From: Polynucleobacter sphagniphilus
GTDB taxonomy: Bacteria > Pseudomonadota > Gammaproteobacteria > Burkholderiales > Burkholderiaceae
Length of the DNA: 32,000 nt
Reading direction: 5' to 3'
Assembly: GCF_001953355.1 (NCBI RefSeq)
Contig: NZ_MPIY01000001.1
Coordinates: forward strand, 403,848-435,847
How positions within the stretch are numbered: position 1 is the first letter of the stretch; each line of letters begins with the position of its first letter. Under the pieces are notes generated by a model. It was not told where the DNA came from. It saw only the letters and a program-made list of their open reading frames with translations, and searched no databases. Below are positions 30,752 to 32,000 of the stretch, one piece after another. Position numbers and translations under genes: made by a program.

Positions 30752-31816
30752 ATGACGGGGAAAAGGCCATGTTACCTAATAACGCTCTTTGTGGCAGTCT
30801 TGCTATCGGGCTGTCAGGGCTATTCAATTATCACTACTACACGTAATGAGGATGTGCCCTTAGTAAAAGGCCCTCCCATAAGAGATATCGTAACTCCATT
30901 CGATAGGGCTCTAATATGTCTTCGTCCTAAGGTTAATAAAAATATTACTTTTTCAGTCGGGGCAGTTCTTGATCAAACTGGCAAGGAGCAGTTAACTGAT
31001 GGAGGGCTCGGAAAATTTGTGACTCAAGGGGCTGGTGATATGTTGCAATCTGCCCTTTATGAGGGTGGTGTAAGCCTTTTAAACCGGAGGGATCCCAGAG
31101 TCCTTGAGGCCGAATTGAAGTGGGGTTTGCAAGACCAAAGACGGATTATTCCGTCGGATTACTTCATTACTGGGAGTATTAATAGTTTAGACATCATGCC
31201 TGGTGGTGGAGTTCAAACTGAAATTGGTGGCATGGGCCCCACGTATAGTCAAATGCGAATGTTGGTGGGGATTGATTTAGCCCTAACAAGTTCGAAAACT
31301 AGTCAAATTATTGCTAATGTAGCATTACAAAAACAAATCTTTGCTACGGACTTTAATGTTGCAATGGGGAATTTTATAGGGGTGACCTTATTCAATGTTA
31401 ACGCCGGATATAAAGAGCGGGAAGCAATCCATTTCGCATTAAGGCAGATGATTAATTTGGCAACCTTTGAATTATTAACTCAAATTATGAATCCTAGAGA
31501 TTACTCAGATTGTAGAAAGTTGATTGACAAAGTCTCCGACGGCTCCATTGAGAATACAAAAACTGCCAAACTTTCATATGAGTATGAGCAAAGCTTGATT
31601 GCAGTAGCCAACACCAAAGAGTCAAATGTAAAATCTTTTACACCGCCAGAGCAAAATCAGGATTTGAGTGACCAATCCATTCAGAGGGCAGTCTCTCCGA
31701 ATGCATATAACCCGAGTAATAGTGCAAATCAGCCTAATAAGGCGCTAACTCCCGATGGTTCAGGCGGGACTGATTTTTTATTAAATAAGCAGGAAATCAT
31801 ACAATTTTCAAAGTAA
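30752..31816 (+). CDS. CsgG/HfaB-family outer-membrane secretion lipoprotein with an extended low-complexity C-terminus
   Basis: Lipobox LLSGC. Segments ITFSVGAVLDQTGK, GAGDMLQSALYEGG, YFITGSINSLD and VGIDLALTSSKTSQIIANV run colinear with E. coli CsgG (FVSVYNIQDETGQ, ATAMLVTALKDS, IMVEGSIIGYE, IAVNLRVVNVSTGEILSSV). Confidence 0.85.
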   Translation: MTGKRPCYLITLFVAVLLSGCQGYSIITTTRNEDVPLVKGPPIRDIVTPFDRALICLRPKVNKNITFSVGAVLDQTGKEQLTDGGLGKFVTQGAGDMLQSALYEGGVSLLNRRDPRVLEAELKWGLQDQRRIIPSDYFITGSINSLDIMPGGGVQTEIGGMGPTYSQMRMLVGIDLALTSSKTSQIIANVALQKQIFATDFNVAMGNFIGVTLFNVNAGYKEREAIHFALRQMINLATFELLTQIMNPRDYSDCRKLIDKVSDGSIENTKTAKLSYEYEQSLIAVANTKESNVKSFTPPEQNQDLSDQSIQRAVSPNAYNPSNSANQPNKALTPDGSGGTDFLLNKQEIIQFSK

Positions 31817-31859
31817 GTTTGTAGTATTGATTGAGCTAGAAAAAATAAAAACCAAGGTC

Positions 31860-32000
31860 GCCTATGGGTCGTATTGAGTCTGCCATTAGCAAGTAGGGTG
31901 ATGGCTGCTTTGCATCAGCATTGACCATTCGCACCCTTTGAAGTCTTGGTGTCGGTTTAACCGACTCTAAATCATTCAGGTCGCCCAAACGTAAATCTGA
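31860..32000 (+). repeat. arm Z2, truncated by the window edge
   Basis: Homologous to 15437-15579. Contains a perfect palindromic motif at 31949-31966. Confidence 0.65.

Larger units (their letters stand above)
25452..32000 (+). mobile_element. GI-3 (partial): arm X2, cargo, arm Z2; it continues beyond the window
   Basis: It starts at att copy C with an X-type arm. It ends at the window edge inside a Z-type arm, which in GI-1 sits directly upstream of the integrase. Confidence 0.55.

Overview
This is a moderately A+T-rich proteobacterial chromosome segment. Protein motifs look betaproteobacterial, and a streamlined Polynucleobacter-type genome is my unverifiable guess. All calls rest on reading the ORF translations and the DNA by eye; no searches were run.

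Bases 1-10,590 look like core genome:
- A ppx 3' end.
- A minus-strand four-gene lipid operon: LpxH-like/PlcP-like metallophosphoesterase, GT4 glycosyltransferase, dgkA and an OlsB-like N-acyltransferase. A good Pho box sits in front of it, and a PlsC/OlsA-like acyltransferase is transcribed divergently.
- ppk2, a possible CYTH-like protein, and a split chromate-transporter pair.
- A TonB-dependent receptor with a small upstream partner gene.
- tRNA-Pro(TGG) and tRNA-Arg(TCT).

Everything to the right of tRNA-Arg is accessory. The 3' 45-47 nt of tRNA-Arg recurs exactly at 21925 and 25452, which delimits a tandem array of islands. The islands share homologous arms, here called X, Z and Y.
- GI-1 (to 21971) carries a cargo of HPP-CBS, truncated globin, PAS, ClC-CBS and MarR. 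It also has a P4-type integrase and an uncharacterised backbone that includes a catalytic-domain-only tyrosine recombinase.
- GI-2 (to 25496) is an integrase-less remnant with an outer-membrane barrel and an atypical amidohydrolase.
- GI-3 runs off the right edge.

The best candidate for an undescribed system is the GI-3 cargo. It holds an outer-membrane barrel, a 7TMR-DISM histidine kinase with an OmpR-type regulator, two secreted S/T/N/G-rich proteins sharing an S-[IV]-G-[AV]-M-N motif, and a CsgG/HfaB-family lipoprotein. No other curli genes are present.

A second notable feature is a palindromic motif, GTGTCGGTTyrACCGACT, at every module boundary. No CRISPR array, rRNA or transposase was seen.
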